Below are positions 12,810 to 24,820 of a DNA stretch of 64,000 bases, in pieces (the first letter of the stretch is position 1; the number at the start of each line of letters is the position of its first letter). The notes beneath the pieces are model-generated. The model was given only the letters and a program-made list of their open reading frames with translations, made no database searches and was not told where the DNA came from. The position numbers and the translations under genes are program-made. This DNA is from the human T2T-CHM13v2.0 reference genome, Homo sapiens, in assembly GCF_009914755.1 (NCBI RefSeq), contig NC_060927.1, one strand, 5' to 3'.

Positions 12810-15800
12810 CTTCTTTTGTGCCCCTCCACTCACTTATCCTGCCTCCACTGTCTATCTTTCTACTTTCTACCTCCATGTATTCGAGTATTTTAGTTCCCAC
12901 ATATAAGTGAGAATGCGCCAATATTTGTCTTTTTTTTGCCTGGCATATTTCACTTAACATAATGATTCTAAGTTCCAATCATGTTGCTGCAAATGACATG
13001 ATTTCATTCTTTTTTATGGCCAAATAGTATTCCATTGTGTGTGTGTATACATACATATATACATCACATTTTCTATATTAATCTATTGATGAACACAAGT
13101 TGATTCCATATCTTTGCTATTGTGAACAGTGCTGCAAGATACTTGAATGAAGGTTCACTTTGATGTATTGATGTTTTTTCCTTTGGGTAGTGATATAATG
13201 TGCATATTTGTTCCCACCCAAATCTCATGTTGAATTGTAATACGAAATGGTGGAGGTGGGCCTGATTGGAGGTGTTTGGATCATGGGGGTGGATCCCTCA
13301 TGGCTTAGTGCTGTCTCTGTGACAGTGAGTTCTCACGAGATCTGGTGCTTTTAAAGTGTGTGGCACCTCCCCCCACATTCCCTCTCTCTTGCTCCTGCTT
13401 TTGCCATTTGACATGTTTGCTCCAACTTCGTGTCTGCCATGAGTAAAAAGATCCCTGAGGCTTACCTGGAAGGTAAGAAGATGCTGGTGTCATGCTTTTA
13501 CACCCTGCAGAACCACAAGCCAATTAAACTTCTTTTCTTTATACATTATTCAGTCTCAGGTAATTCTTCATAGCAATGCAAGAATAGCCTGACATAGGTA
13601 GATACCTAGTAGTCAGATTGCTGGATTGAATGGTAATTCCATTTTCAGTTTTCGGAGAAATCTCTATACCATTTTGTATAGTGGCTATACTAGCTTACAT
13701 CTCATGAGCAATATATAAGAATGTCCTTATCTCCACATTCTTGCCAACACCTTATTTTCTGTCTTTTAAATAATAGCTATTCTGACTAAGATGGCATCTC
13801 GTTGAGGTTTAGATTTGCATCTTTGTGATGACTAGTTATGTTGAGCATGTTTTCATATACCTATTGGTCATTTGCATGTTTTTTTTTTTTTGAGAAATGT
13901 CTATTCAGGTCCTTTGCTCACTTTTAAATGGGATCGTTTGTTTTTCTTTCCATATTGAGGTGTTTGAGTTCCTTGTATATTCTGGATATTAACCCCCTGT
14001 TGGATGAACAGTTTGAAATTATTTTCTCCTGTTCAACAGATTGTTCATTCTGTTAATTGTTTCCTTTTCTATATTAATTATTTTTAGCTTAATGTAGTCT
14101 CATTTGCCTGTTTTTGTTTTGTTTCCTGTGCTTTTGAGGTCTTAGTCATAAATTCTTTGCCTAGACTAATGTCCAGGAAAGGTTTTCCTAGGTTTGCTTC
14201 TAGTATTTTTATGGTTTTGTGTCTTATGTTTAAGCCTTTAATCCATCTTGAGTTGATTTTTATATATGGTGAGAGATAGAGGGTCGAGTTTCATTCTTTA
14301 GCATGTGACCATCCAATTGTCCTGGCACTATCTATTGAAGAAGGTATCCTTTCTTCCAGTGTAAGGTTTTGTTGGCTTTGTTGAAGAAAAGTTGGCTAAA
14401 AATACGAGGCATTTTTCTCCCAGGTTCTCTATTCTGTTCCCTTGGTCTATATTTTCTATCTTTATATGAATGTCATGTTTTGATTAGTATAGCCCTGTAA
14501 TGTATTTTGAAGTCAGATAGTGTGATTCCTGCAGCTTTGTTCTCTTTGCTCAGGATTGCTTTGGCTGTTCAGGCTCTTTCATTGTTCTATATGAATTTTT
14601 GCATTGTTTTATATAATTCTGTGAAGAATGATGTTGGTATTTTGATACAAATTGCATTGAATCTACAGATTGCTTTGGTCCATATGGTTATTTTATTGAT
14701 ATTAATTATTTTGACCCATAAGCATGGGAAGTTTTTCCATTCGTTTGTGTCATACTCAGTTTCTTTCATCAGTGTTTTGTAGTTTTCCTTGTAGAGACCT
14801 TTTATCTCCTGTGTAAAATTTATTCTCAGGTATTTTATTTTTATTTTTTGGAGCTACTGTAAATGGTAATGCATTCTTAATTTCCTTCTTGGCTAGATCA
14901 TTATTGATATATATAAACACTACTGGTTACTGATTTTTGTGCATTGATTTTATATCCTGTAACTTTATTAAATTTGTTTATCAAATGTAAGGGGTTTTGG
15001 TGGAGTCTTTTTATTTTTCTAGATAAAAGATCAGATCATTAGCCAAAAGGGGTAATCTGACTTAGTTCCTACTTTAGATGCATTTTATTTATTTATTTGT
15101 TTATTTTTGTCCAATTGCTCTGGCTAGGACTCCCAGTATTATATTGAATAGGAATGGTGAAAGTGGGCATTCTTATCTTGTTCCACTTCTTAGAGAAAGG
15201 CTTTCAACCTTTCCACATTCAATATAAGTTGTAGGCTTGGCATATATAGATTTTATTATTTTGAAGTATGTTCTTTCTTATACCTAGTTTGTTGAGAGGT
15301 TTTATCATGAAGGGATGTTGAATTTTTAAAAACATGCTTTCTCTAGATCTGTTAAGATGATCATATGGCTATTGTCCTTCAATCAATTGATGTGATATAT
15401 CATTGTTATTGATTTTCATATGTTGAGCTATCTTTGCATCTCTGGTATAAATCCCACTTGATCATCCTGTATTAACTTTTTGATGTTTTTAATGGATTTG
15501 GTTTGCTAGTATTTTGTTGAGGATTTTTTGCATCTCTGTTCATCAGAGATATTGATTTTTAGTTTTCTTTTTTGTGTGTGTGCTTGTGTGGTTTGGGTAT
15601 TAGGATAAGGCTTTATAGAATGAGTCAGGAAGAATTGCTCTTTGATTTTTTGGAGTATTTTCAGACGGATTGGTATTAATTCTTCTTTGTACATTTGGTC
15701 AGATTTAGCTGTAAATCTATCTGGTCCTGGCCTTTTTTTTTTTTTTTTTTTGGTGGGAGAATTTTTATTACTAATTTAATCTAACTACTTGTTATTGTTC

Positions 15801-18800
15801 TGTTCAGGTTTTCTGTTTCTTTCTGATTCAATCCTGATATGTTGTACGTTTCCTAGAATGTGTACATTTCCTCTTGATTTTCCCATTTGTCAGTTCATAG
15901 TAGTCTCTGATGATCTTTTGTATTTCTGTGTTATCAGTTGTAATGTGTACTTTTTCATTTCTGATTTCATTTATTTGGGTCTTCTCTCTCCTTTTTTTGA
16001 TTAGTCTAACAATGTTTATTAATTTTGTTTCTCGTTTGTATTTTTCTAGTCTCTATTTTGTTCCAATCTTATCTTTGTTTATTTTTTTCTTCAAATTTTG
16101 GGTTTAGTTTGTTCTTGCTTTTTTAGTTACTTGAGGTACATTGTTATATTGTTAATTTGTAATCTTTCTACTTTTTTGATGTAGGCATTTAATACTGTAA
16201 ACAACCTTTTAGCACTGCTTTTGCTGTATATTGCAGGTTTGGGGATGTATTTCTATTTTCACTTGTTTCAAGAAAATTTTTCATTTTATCTTAATTTCTT
16301 CATTGACCCAATCATTATTCAGGAGCATGTTGTTTAATTTCTATGCATTTGTATAGTGTCCAAAGTTTCTCTTGGTATTGATTTCCAGTTTTATTCCATT
16401 GTGGTCTGAGAAGATACTTAATATGACTTTAATTTTTTAAAGATTTGTTGAGACTTGCTTTGTGGCTTGATATATGGTCTATCATAAAGAAGGTTCCAGT
16501 GCTCAGGAAAAGAATGTATGTTCTGCAATTCTTGAATACAATATTCTGTAAATGTCTGTTAGGCCCATTTGGCCTAAAGTCTAGTTTAAATCCAATGTTT
16601 CTGTATTAATTTTCTGTTAGATGATCTGCCTAATGCTGAGAGTGAGATGTTGAACTCCCGACTATTACTATGTTGTAGTCTCTCTCTTTAGATGTAGTAA
16701 TATTTGTTTTCAAACCCATTCAGCCATTGTGTACTTTTAAGTGGAGAATACAGTTTGTTCACATTCAAGGTTATTGGTATGTGAGGCTTTATTCCTGTCA
16801 TACTGTTGATTGTTTTCTGGTTGTTTTGTATATTGTTTCTTTTTTCTCTTATTGATTGTTGTTGTGATTTGACAGATTTCTGTAGTGGTACCGTTTTAGT
16901 CCTTTCTCTTCTTCCTTTGTTTGATTGCTTTCCCAGTGAGTTTTATAATTTCTTGTGTTTTCATGATGGCAAATGACATCTTTTTGCTTCCAGGCTCAGT
17001 ACTCTCTCGAGCAGTTCTTGTGGGGCCGGTCTAGTGGTAACAGATTCTCTCAGTATTTGCTTTTCTGAGAAATACTTTATTCTCCTTCATTTAAGAAGGG
17101 TAATTTCACTGGATATAGTATTTCTGATGAACTTTTTTTTCTTCTGGCACTTTAAATATATCTTCCCATTCCCTTCTGATGTGTAAGATTTCTGCTGAGA
17201 AATCTGCTGTTAGTCTGATGGGCTTCCTTTATCAGTGACTAACTGATTTTCCCCTGCTGTTTATAGGATTTGCTCTTTATAGATAACTTTATAAACAGTC
17301 TGAGTATAATGTGCCATGGAGAATATCTTGTTGCTTCTATCTGCCTAGAAATTGTTGAGCCTCCTGTAACTGCATGTTGAAATCTCTTGCTATACTTGGG
17401 AAGTTTTATTCTATTATTTCATTAAATAGGTTTCTAATCCTTTCTTTTCCTCTTCACTCTCAGGGCAACCAATAATTTGAATATTTGATTGCTTTATGTT
17501 GTCTCTAATGTCATGAAGGCTTTGTTCTTTATTATTATTTTGTTCTTTATTTTTTTTCCTTACTGAATTATTTCAGAAGACTTGTCTTTAAGTTCTGAGA
17601 TTCTTTCTTCTACCTGATCTAGTCTACTGTTAAACATTTCAAATGTATTTTGTATTTCTTTTAATGAATTCTTCAGTTCTAGAATTTCTTTTTTTTAAGT
17701 ATCTGTCTTTTGGTAAGTTTTTTATTCATATTCTGAATCTTTTTTTCTGATTTCTTTGCAGTGTTTTTCAGAATTGTCTTGTGTCTCACTAAACTTCTTA
17801 AATGTTTTGAATTTTTATGTGTGATTTCAAAATTTTCTTCTTGATATCTATTGCTTGAGAATTATTATGTTCCTTTGGAGGTATCATATTTCCTTACATT
17901 TCTGTTTCCTTAGTCCTTATGGTGATATCTGCACATCTGGTGTAGCAGTAATTTCTTCTATTTTTTAATTTATTTTCATGGAGGAGAACTTTTTCTGAAA
18001 GGTGTATCTATGATATTAGTTGGATAGGGTACTTTGACTTTAATTCTTGGTGTGTGCTATAGTGTAGTCTCTGTAAGATTTATTTGGCTGTAAACAGCGT
18101 TAGTACCATCTATGATTTTCTTGGTGGGTTAGAGTGTAGTTATTAGTGAAAGCTGTGATAAAGTTGTGGTGGGGATTGGGAGCCAGCTAGGTCAGTCTTA
18201 AGTCCACAGTGTTGAGCAGTATACTGAGTGTGCACACCTTTGTGCCCCCAGGATGGTATACATTGGCACCTGTGTTGGTATATACCAATGGCTAATTATT
18301 GGGCCTCCAAATGGCTTGCTTGGATGCCAGTAGTGGCAACATTGGCCTGGGTAGGCTCTCAGGCCCCTGGGCAGTGGGCATGGTGTGAGCAATAGCTGTA
18401 GCAGTGCTAGGATGATTCTCTGGGTCCTGGATGGTGTGCATTGATGTCGGCAGTAGCTGTGATGGGCTGAGCTAGCCAGTCTGCAGGACTGCAGATGGTA
18501 CCTGCAGGTAGGTATCAACTGAGGTGGTAGTGGCTGGGAGTTGAGGCCCAACCTCAGGCCTCTGAGAGAAGTGTTTAGGTGTCCCAGGTGGTGGATTTGG
18601 CTTGGCAGGACCCCAGGCTGTGTGCTGTGTCTTGAGGGATTGCAAAGCCAGATTGAATGGGTTTATGCTCAGGCCCCCCAGTGGTGAGAGCAGAGTGCTC
18701 AGGTGAGGTATGGAATCAACCACACTGAGGCCCTGGCACTGGAGAGGGTGAGACTGACCTCAGTGGTCACAATCTGGAGCAGCAGCTGGTGGAGAATATG

Positions 18801-19557
18801 TATCTCTCTCACGCCCCAGTCCAGAGGGTCTTACCCCCTAGCCTTGGTGGCAGTAGCCCATGCCTACCTCACACCCAGTTTATATTCTCCTCCCTAAGTG
18901 CAGGAGGCTCAACTCAGCTGGCAACCAAGTCTCAGGAGTAACTCATAACCTGCCATGTTCTGTTCTCCATCCACGCAGCACTCATTTTTCCAATATTGGC
19001 ATATCTTACTCACTTCTTAACTCAGCTGTGAGAGATCTTCCACACCCAGCAGTGACAGCCTAAGTTTCTGTAATGCCTTAGCTCTGGTGCTGCTGGACTC
19101 CAGGAGAGTGTGCAGTCTCCCAAAGACTATTTGAAAATGGCACCCTGCTGTAGCTGCTTAGGTCTTAGAAAATGTGTGGAGCTCAGCATGAATTCCCTTC
19201 CTGGAGCAGTTCCATCCCACCGTCTCCCACTGTCCCGGCAGCTCCCTATGTTAGTTTCAGGCATTGGGTTCTCCCATAGCCAGTATTGTATGATTTCATG
19301 GTTGGGATGTGGGCTGCTGGAAGTCTCTCACTCACCCATTCCCCATATTAGGAAGTCGTTTCAGGCTTCCAGCTTATCCAAGCCTGGCAGGCTGCCTCTG
19401 TCCCTTCCTTTCCCCTGCTTTTAGTGTTTCCTGCCACTTCTCTGTTGAATTCCAGCATTCTCTCTTATAATGTATTTAAAGTATGACTGTCTATATACCA
19501 TGTTGATTCTTGTAAGTGGAGGAAGTGGGCATGAAATGCTTATAGTCATCCATCTTG
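12810..19557 (-). mobile_element. Near-full-length old L1 (L1MA2/3-like) including 5' UTR
   Basis: Continuous antisense 3' UTR, ORF2 (ctggtcctggcc-polyT = KKSPGPD at about 15720), ORF1 and GC-richer 5' UTR ending agtcatccatcttg; ORFs disrupted. Confidence 0.85.
13191..13596 (+). mobile_element. MSTB-like MaLR solo LTR inside the L1MA
   Basis: tgatata...cccacccaaatctcatgttgaattgtaat...attaaa...tagcaatgcaagaa; 5-bp TSD ggtag at 13186-13190 and 13597-13601. Confidence 0.9.
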
Positions 19558-21010
19558 AAACCCAAAGGGAAAGAAAATTCTTTACCCAACTTTTTCACAG
19601 CAAAATTTTGAACATTTTTCAACTGCTTTATTTGCTATGTTCTTTGCTATTGCTTTTCTGAGTTTTCTGAGCTTCTGCAGTTTCCTGAAGGGGTCATGCT
19701 CCCTTTCCCACATAGTTGTTGGGACATACTGTTTCATTTCCCTGAAAATTCTTTCAGATTCTCCTTTTGCCATCTTTCTATGGATAAAAGCTTCTAGTCC
19801 TTCAAGCAATTCTTTACATATCTTCAAAATAATTTTTTTCTATTTGTTACAGGAAAGCAGCTGTTTTTTCCACATTTCTTTCATGGTATTAGGCTGTTTC
19901 TTGGTGCCTTATTGCTACAAATATTTCCCACCCTCTTTTGGCACATAATGATCATATTACTTTAGAAAAGAAAAATATAGAGAGAATATAAATACTTGTC
20001 TGTCTCACAAATGTTAGGAGGTTTTATTGACTTTATAATTCCTGCCAATTTGAGGGTAGCAAACTCTTCCCAAATTCATTCTTAATTCAGAATTTAAAAA
20101 TCTCCTTCTAGATTAGGCCTTCTCCTTCCCCATCACTATAACAACTATGTCTCATATCATGCAGCAAAGACATTGTCGGGGAAAAAAGAGAAATGAGCCC
20201 TTGATCCAATATTCCACTCTGATTCAAGAAAATTCTCTCCTTGAAAGCCTTCTGAAATCTTAACACTTTCCCATACCCATGGAAAAGAACTACGTGGATC
20301 TGTGTGCTCTTGATGCTTTGAAATTAATGGAATCTTTTACTTCTATCAACATAGATTAAATGAATATCATATTTATATAAACCACTTATCAAGGGAAAAA
20401 GTGAAAGTTAAAAAATTTTATAATTTACTTTCTGGTGGTCCTGTTTAATCAAAAGCGTATGGAGGGTGTTTGTTGGCTATAATAGTGCCTAAATCTGAAG
20501 AAATGGGAAGAAATACTAACTAAAAGATATTTGATTCTATGTCATCATCATATATGCAGAAATTTCAGTTACAATCTGTGTTTATAACGTACATTGGTCA
20601 GTTAGAGTTGCTGTCCTAAGTAAATATCAAAATGAAGGAAATCAGTGATGCACAAATGATCCCAGTGAATCATTCGATTCTGTCATCGAGTCAGACATCA
20701 AAGACCTGAGCCTATAGTTGGTAGTATTGAAATGGAGAAGAAGGCTGACCAAGTACAGTTATCTGATAAATATGGTGCTGGAGTTTCAGAGAGATCAAAA
20801 TCACTTCCCAGGGTAGATGGAAAATGAGAAAGATGGAAGTGAGAAATTCCAGAGAAAAAGAAAAGAAGGCTAATTATTTAACTTTCTTGTTAGAGTTTTT
20901 ATTTCACATCAACATCCTTACTATTTGGGATGCCACATGTGAATGTGTTGTAGACACTCAGAATTGTAACAAGCACTGCCCCAAGAATGAATATACACAG
21001 AGTTGTTTCC

Positions 21011-21394
21011 TGTGTTAGACTAGGTTAGGCTATGCTGTGGTAACAAACAAATCCTAAAATATCACTGATGTGACATAGTAAAAGATCATCATCCACATTA
21101 TAGTACCACGTGTTTCAGCTCTCTTGAGTATAGCTGTCTTTCATGTGATGACTCAGGGACCTAGAATTTTTCGGTGTTAAAGCTATATCATGTGGAACAA
21201 ATGACTTCCACTAAAACCATTAGAAGAAAAGAGAAGCTTGCAGAACACACAACATATTTTAAGGTATTTTACATCTCCTCTAGCCATGTGTCATCGACCA
21301 AAACTCAGTGAGGTGGCCCCAGCCTACCTACAGCAGTGGTTGGTACTTTACCTGTGTGCTCTGGAAGAAGACATGGAGTCATTATCTCTGCCTC
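21011..21394 (-). mobile_element. Old MLT1 (MLT1L/J-like) LTR
   Basis: taggttaggctatgctgtggtaacaaacaaatcctaaaat...tcagggacc...tctctgcctca. Confidence 0.65.
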
Positions 21395-22379
21395 AGATTT
21401 CAAGATTTTGAGGAAACAATGCAGCATTAGCATGTGAAACGTGTGAAAGTCCGTGGAAAGGATTCATTGCCAAAATAAAGAAAAAATGTGTTGATGAAAA
21501 TGTTGATGAAATATGGAAAGCAGAATAAATTAATAGTGGAATTTCAAAGGCTGTATTAGCACTACATATTCTTCATAGAGTTGTGAAGTTCTTGAAATAA
21601 TAAATATGCCAAGCTTCATATAGAGAAGCCTGATATGTTTATTAGTTCAAGAAGTTTTTAAATCTTCTTTTATGTAGATAAAAAAGAATAATTTGGGCAT
21701 ATGCTATTAGCATTCCCATATTAACATCTAATGCATTTTGACCACAGGATTTCCATCTACTATTGTTACCACATTTGAAATCTCTGGTCTGAGATTTCAT
21801 CCTCTGTAAGAGGATTGGACATAGTCTCTAAGGTGACTTACATTTCTGCCATTCAATGATTCAATGTTTTTTCCTCTTTTGTGTGTATGTGTGGGTGGGG
21901 GCATTTAATGGTAGATTTGATATAAACTTTGTAACTGACAGGAGAATTTTTCTTTGGGAAGAAAATTGTTCAGGCTAGAAATGACTGTTTTACAATCCAG
22001 TGTGCATTGTTCAACAGAATTGTATTTTTAAAGATTCTATTTGCCATCTGTTATTTCCTTTACTCAAATGATCATATATACATTTTTTTATTTTATCGAA
22101 TTGCCAATTATGTTTTTCTTGAGTAACTATTTCAAAAGACAGCTCACATTCTGAGATTTCTAAAACCCTGCTTACTGTAGTTTTCATTATATTTCTTTCT
22201 TGAAATATTATTACTCTCTTGGGTTTAGAGCTTGTTAAAAATGGTATTTTGCAAAAGTACGAATCAAAGGATATTATTCTATAAAATGTGAGGGCATATT
22301 TTTAACCAAAGTTTAATCTAGCTTGTGGATATGATTTTTAGAATGTGGGTTCTCTCTTATTAGTTGTTCTGTGAACAGA

Positions 22380-22495
22380 CATACATGGTTGGATCTGGTT
22401 CTGTATTTTATTATTTCTGTGACCTCTTAAATAAGTTACTTACCTTTCTATGCATTCATTTTGTCATCTGTAAAGTATTAATGACAATCATTAAT
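22380..22495 (+). mobile_element. MIR fragment
   Basis: ctgtgacctc...aagttacttacctttctatgcattcattttgtcatctgtaaa. Confidence 0.65.
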
Positions 22496-22511
22496 ACTTT
22501 AATTTTCTTTC

Positions 22512-22816
22512 TTTCTTTTTTTTTTTTTTTTTTTGAGACAGAGTCTCGCTTTGTCGCCCAGGCTGGAGTGCAGTGGCGCGATCTCGACTCACTGCAAGCT
22601 CTGTCTCCTGGGTTCATGCCATTCTCCTGCCTCAGCCTCCTGAGTAGCTGGGACTACGGGCGCCCACCACCACGCCTGGCTAATTTTTTTGTATTTTTAG
22701 TAGAGACGGGGTTTCACTGTGTTAGCCAGGATGGTCTCGATCTCCTGACCTCGTGATCCTCCCGCCTCGGCCTCCCAAAGTGCTGGGATTACAGTCGTGA
22801 GCCTTTGTGCCCGGCC
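22512..22816 (-). mobile_element. AluY
   Basis: tgcaagctc, gccattctcc, gttagccaggatggtctcgatctcc; TSD tttaattttMtttc at 22498-22511 and 22818-22831. Confidence 0.95.
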
Positions 22817-23865
22817 TTTTAATTTTATTTCATCAGCAATTAATAGAACCATAATTTAATCTTATTTATTAATTCCTCCCCCTCCGAAAAAAAAACTCTT
22901 TTAGTGGAAATGGAAACTAGGCCAATTTCTTCCATTATATTATTAAACTTAGCCTAGTTTTCAAGGGCAGGGTTTGAGGACACAATTTTTTCTGTCACTA
23001 TCTGGAATGAGTATTAAACATTACCATTCTCTTGAAGATCTAGTTATAATGATATCTGTGTTTAATTATGTATTTTGTGTATGAATCACTGCTTAACATA
23101 GTGCCAGGCACATAAGTACTTAATGTCTAAATGCTGAATAAGCGAGGATATTTATGCAATGAAATTATAGGCCCCTACTAATAAAGAAGTCATAATAAAG
23201 AAGAACTTTGTTTGAAATTTTTCTAGGATACATAAGCATATTACTTGAAGATTCATTATGTAAATTTAAAAATTCAGCAATTTTGTAACCATAGCGCTTC
23301 CGTCTAGGAAGCAAACAATCAACTTCTATGTTGATACGCTCCAATAGAGCATCATTTAAAGAAAAAAGAATGGTGAAAATGATTGACTTCAGGTAAGCAA
23401 AAGAAACCTAGAGCTAAAAACAAAATATGTTCTCCAAAACATCAAAGAGATTTCTGTCTGATGTATGGAGGATACCTAGAAATTCACAAGAAATGACAAA
23501 AGAAATTCTCTCTCAGAAATAGGAGTAGCTAGGCATTATTGAAAAACAAAGGGGCAAATGAAAGGTGATAATAAAGTAATTAGTGGTCAAATTTAAATCT
23601 TACATCATAAGTGCATTTCATCCCTTGCAGGATAAATATAGGCTGAATCTGGGAGAAATACACATTTTTCCTCACAGATCACAACCACAGAAGGTAAAAA
23701 AGGAGAAAGATACAGAGATTCTTAAGAAATAACAAGCAAACGAGGTAAGTAAGGACCAACTCAAGCAAGTCTTACAGATAGAAATTTCCTTACTATCTCC
23801 TTTCTGCCCTTTTCCCTTGGCCTCAGACATGAAGGCTTTCATAGTGAGTAACTTCTGAGGCCAGA

Positions 23866-24255
23866 TTTTGTTTGTTTTTTTTCTTTTCTTTTCTCTTCTT
23901 TTCTTTTCTTTCCTTTCACTTATTTTGCTTGAAACTCAGACATTTCAATTTTATGGCAGGATGAATTTTTGGGGGGTGCACCACCCTTACCCCAAACCCA
24001 TAAAACCTCTTCAGTTTCTCTTCCTTCTTACCCCTGCACCTGTTTTTATCATCATATTCCTTCCATCTTCTTGCCTGAGTCATGACAAGTTGTTTTCTTT
24101 TATTTTTTCTCCTATCTCCTTCGTTTCCCTCCATTCTCTTCTGTTTTTCTTTTTTTTCTTCTCTTCCCATTTTTCCCTCTTTTTTAATCTGCAATTCTTC
24201 TTCCTCATTGTTCTACTTTCTCCTCATTTTCTTCCTCCTTCTCCTCCTCCCCACC
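23866..24255. repeat. Pyrimidine-rich low-complexity tract
   Basis: Extended T/C runs (ttttc, ttcctc); source of the spurious F/L/S-rich and K/E-rich ORFs. Confidence 0.8.
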
Positions 24256-24390
24256 CATAAGTCTATTATCATAATTGGGCTCCAGCTGTGGAGCTTTTGG
24301 AACTCATACATTTTTCTCTGTGCCAAGCCTACCATTTTTGAGCCTTTGGACAAGATTAGTTCATATTTCTGTAAGAGATTAGAAGAACCT

Positions 24391-24820
24391 TGTATAAGTT
24401 TCCTAGGGCTGGCATAGCAAAGCACCACAGACTCGGAACAACAAAGCTATATTGTTCTAGAAGCTAGATATACAGTTCTGGAAGCTAGAAATCAAGGTGT
24501 CAGCAGGACAATACTCCTCTGAAGGCATTAGGGCAGGACCCCTTCCATGCCTCTCCTAGCTTCTGGTAGCCTCAGGTATTCCTTGACATGTAGTTGACCA
24601 TCTTATCCCTAAGTCTCTTTATGTTGTCTTCCATCTGTGCCTGTCTGTGTCAAATTCCCCCTTTTTATAAGGACACTGTCAGATTGGATTAAGATCTACT
24701 TTAATGTCTCATTTTAACCTGATTTCCTTAACTCTATTTCCAAATGAATTCAAATTCTAAAGTATTGGAAGTTAGGACTTCGTTTATTTTTTTAGGGGGA
24801 CATTCATCATTAAGTCCACA
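24391..24820 (-). mobile_element. MLT1C/B-type MaLR LTR
   Basis: tgtataagtttcctagggctg...aaatcaaggtgtcagcagg...ttataaggacac...ggaagttaggactt. Confidence 0.85.

Noticed and set aside
23868-24428. Hydrophobic membrane-like and K/E-rich ORFs
   Set aside because: Artefact of a pyrimidine-rich low-complexity tract
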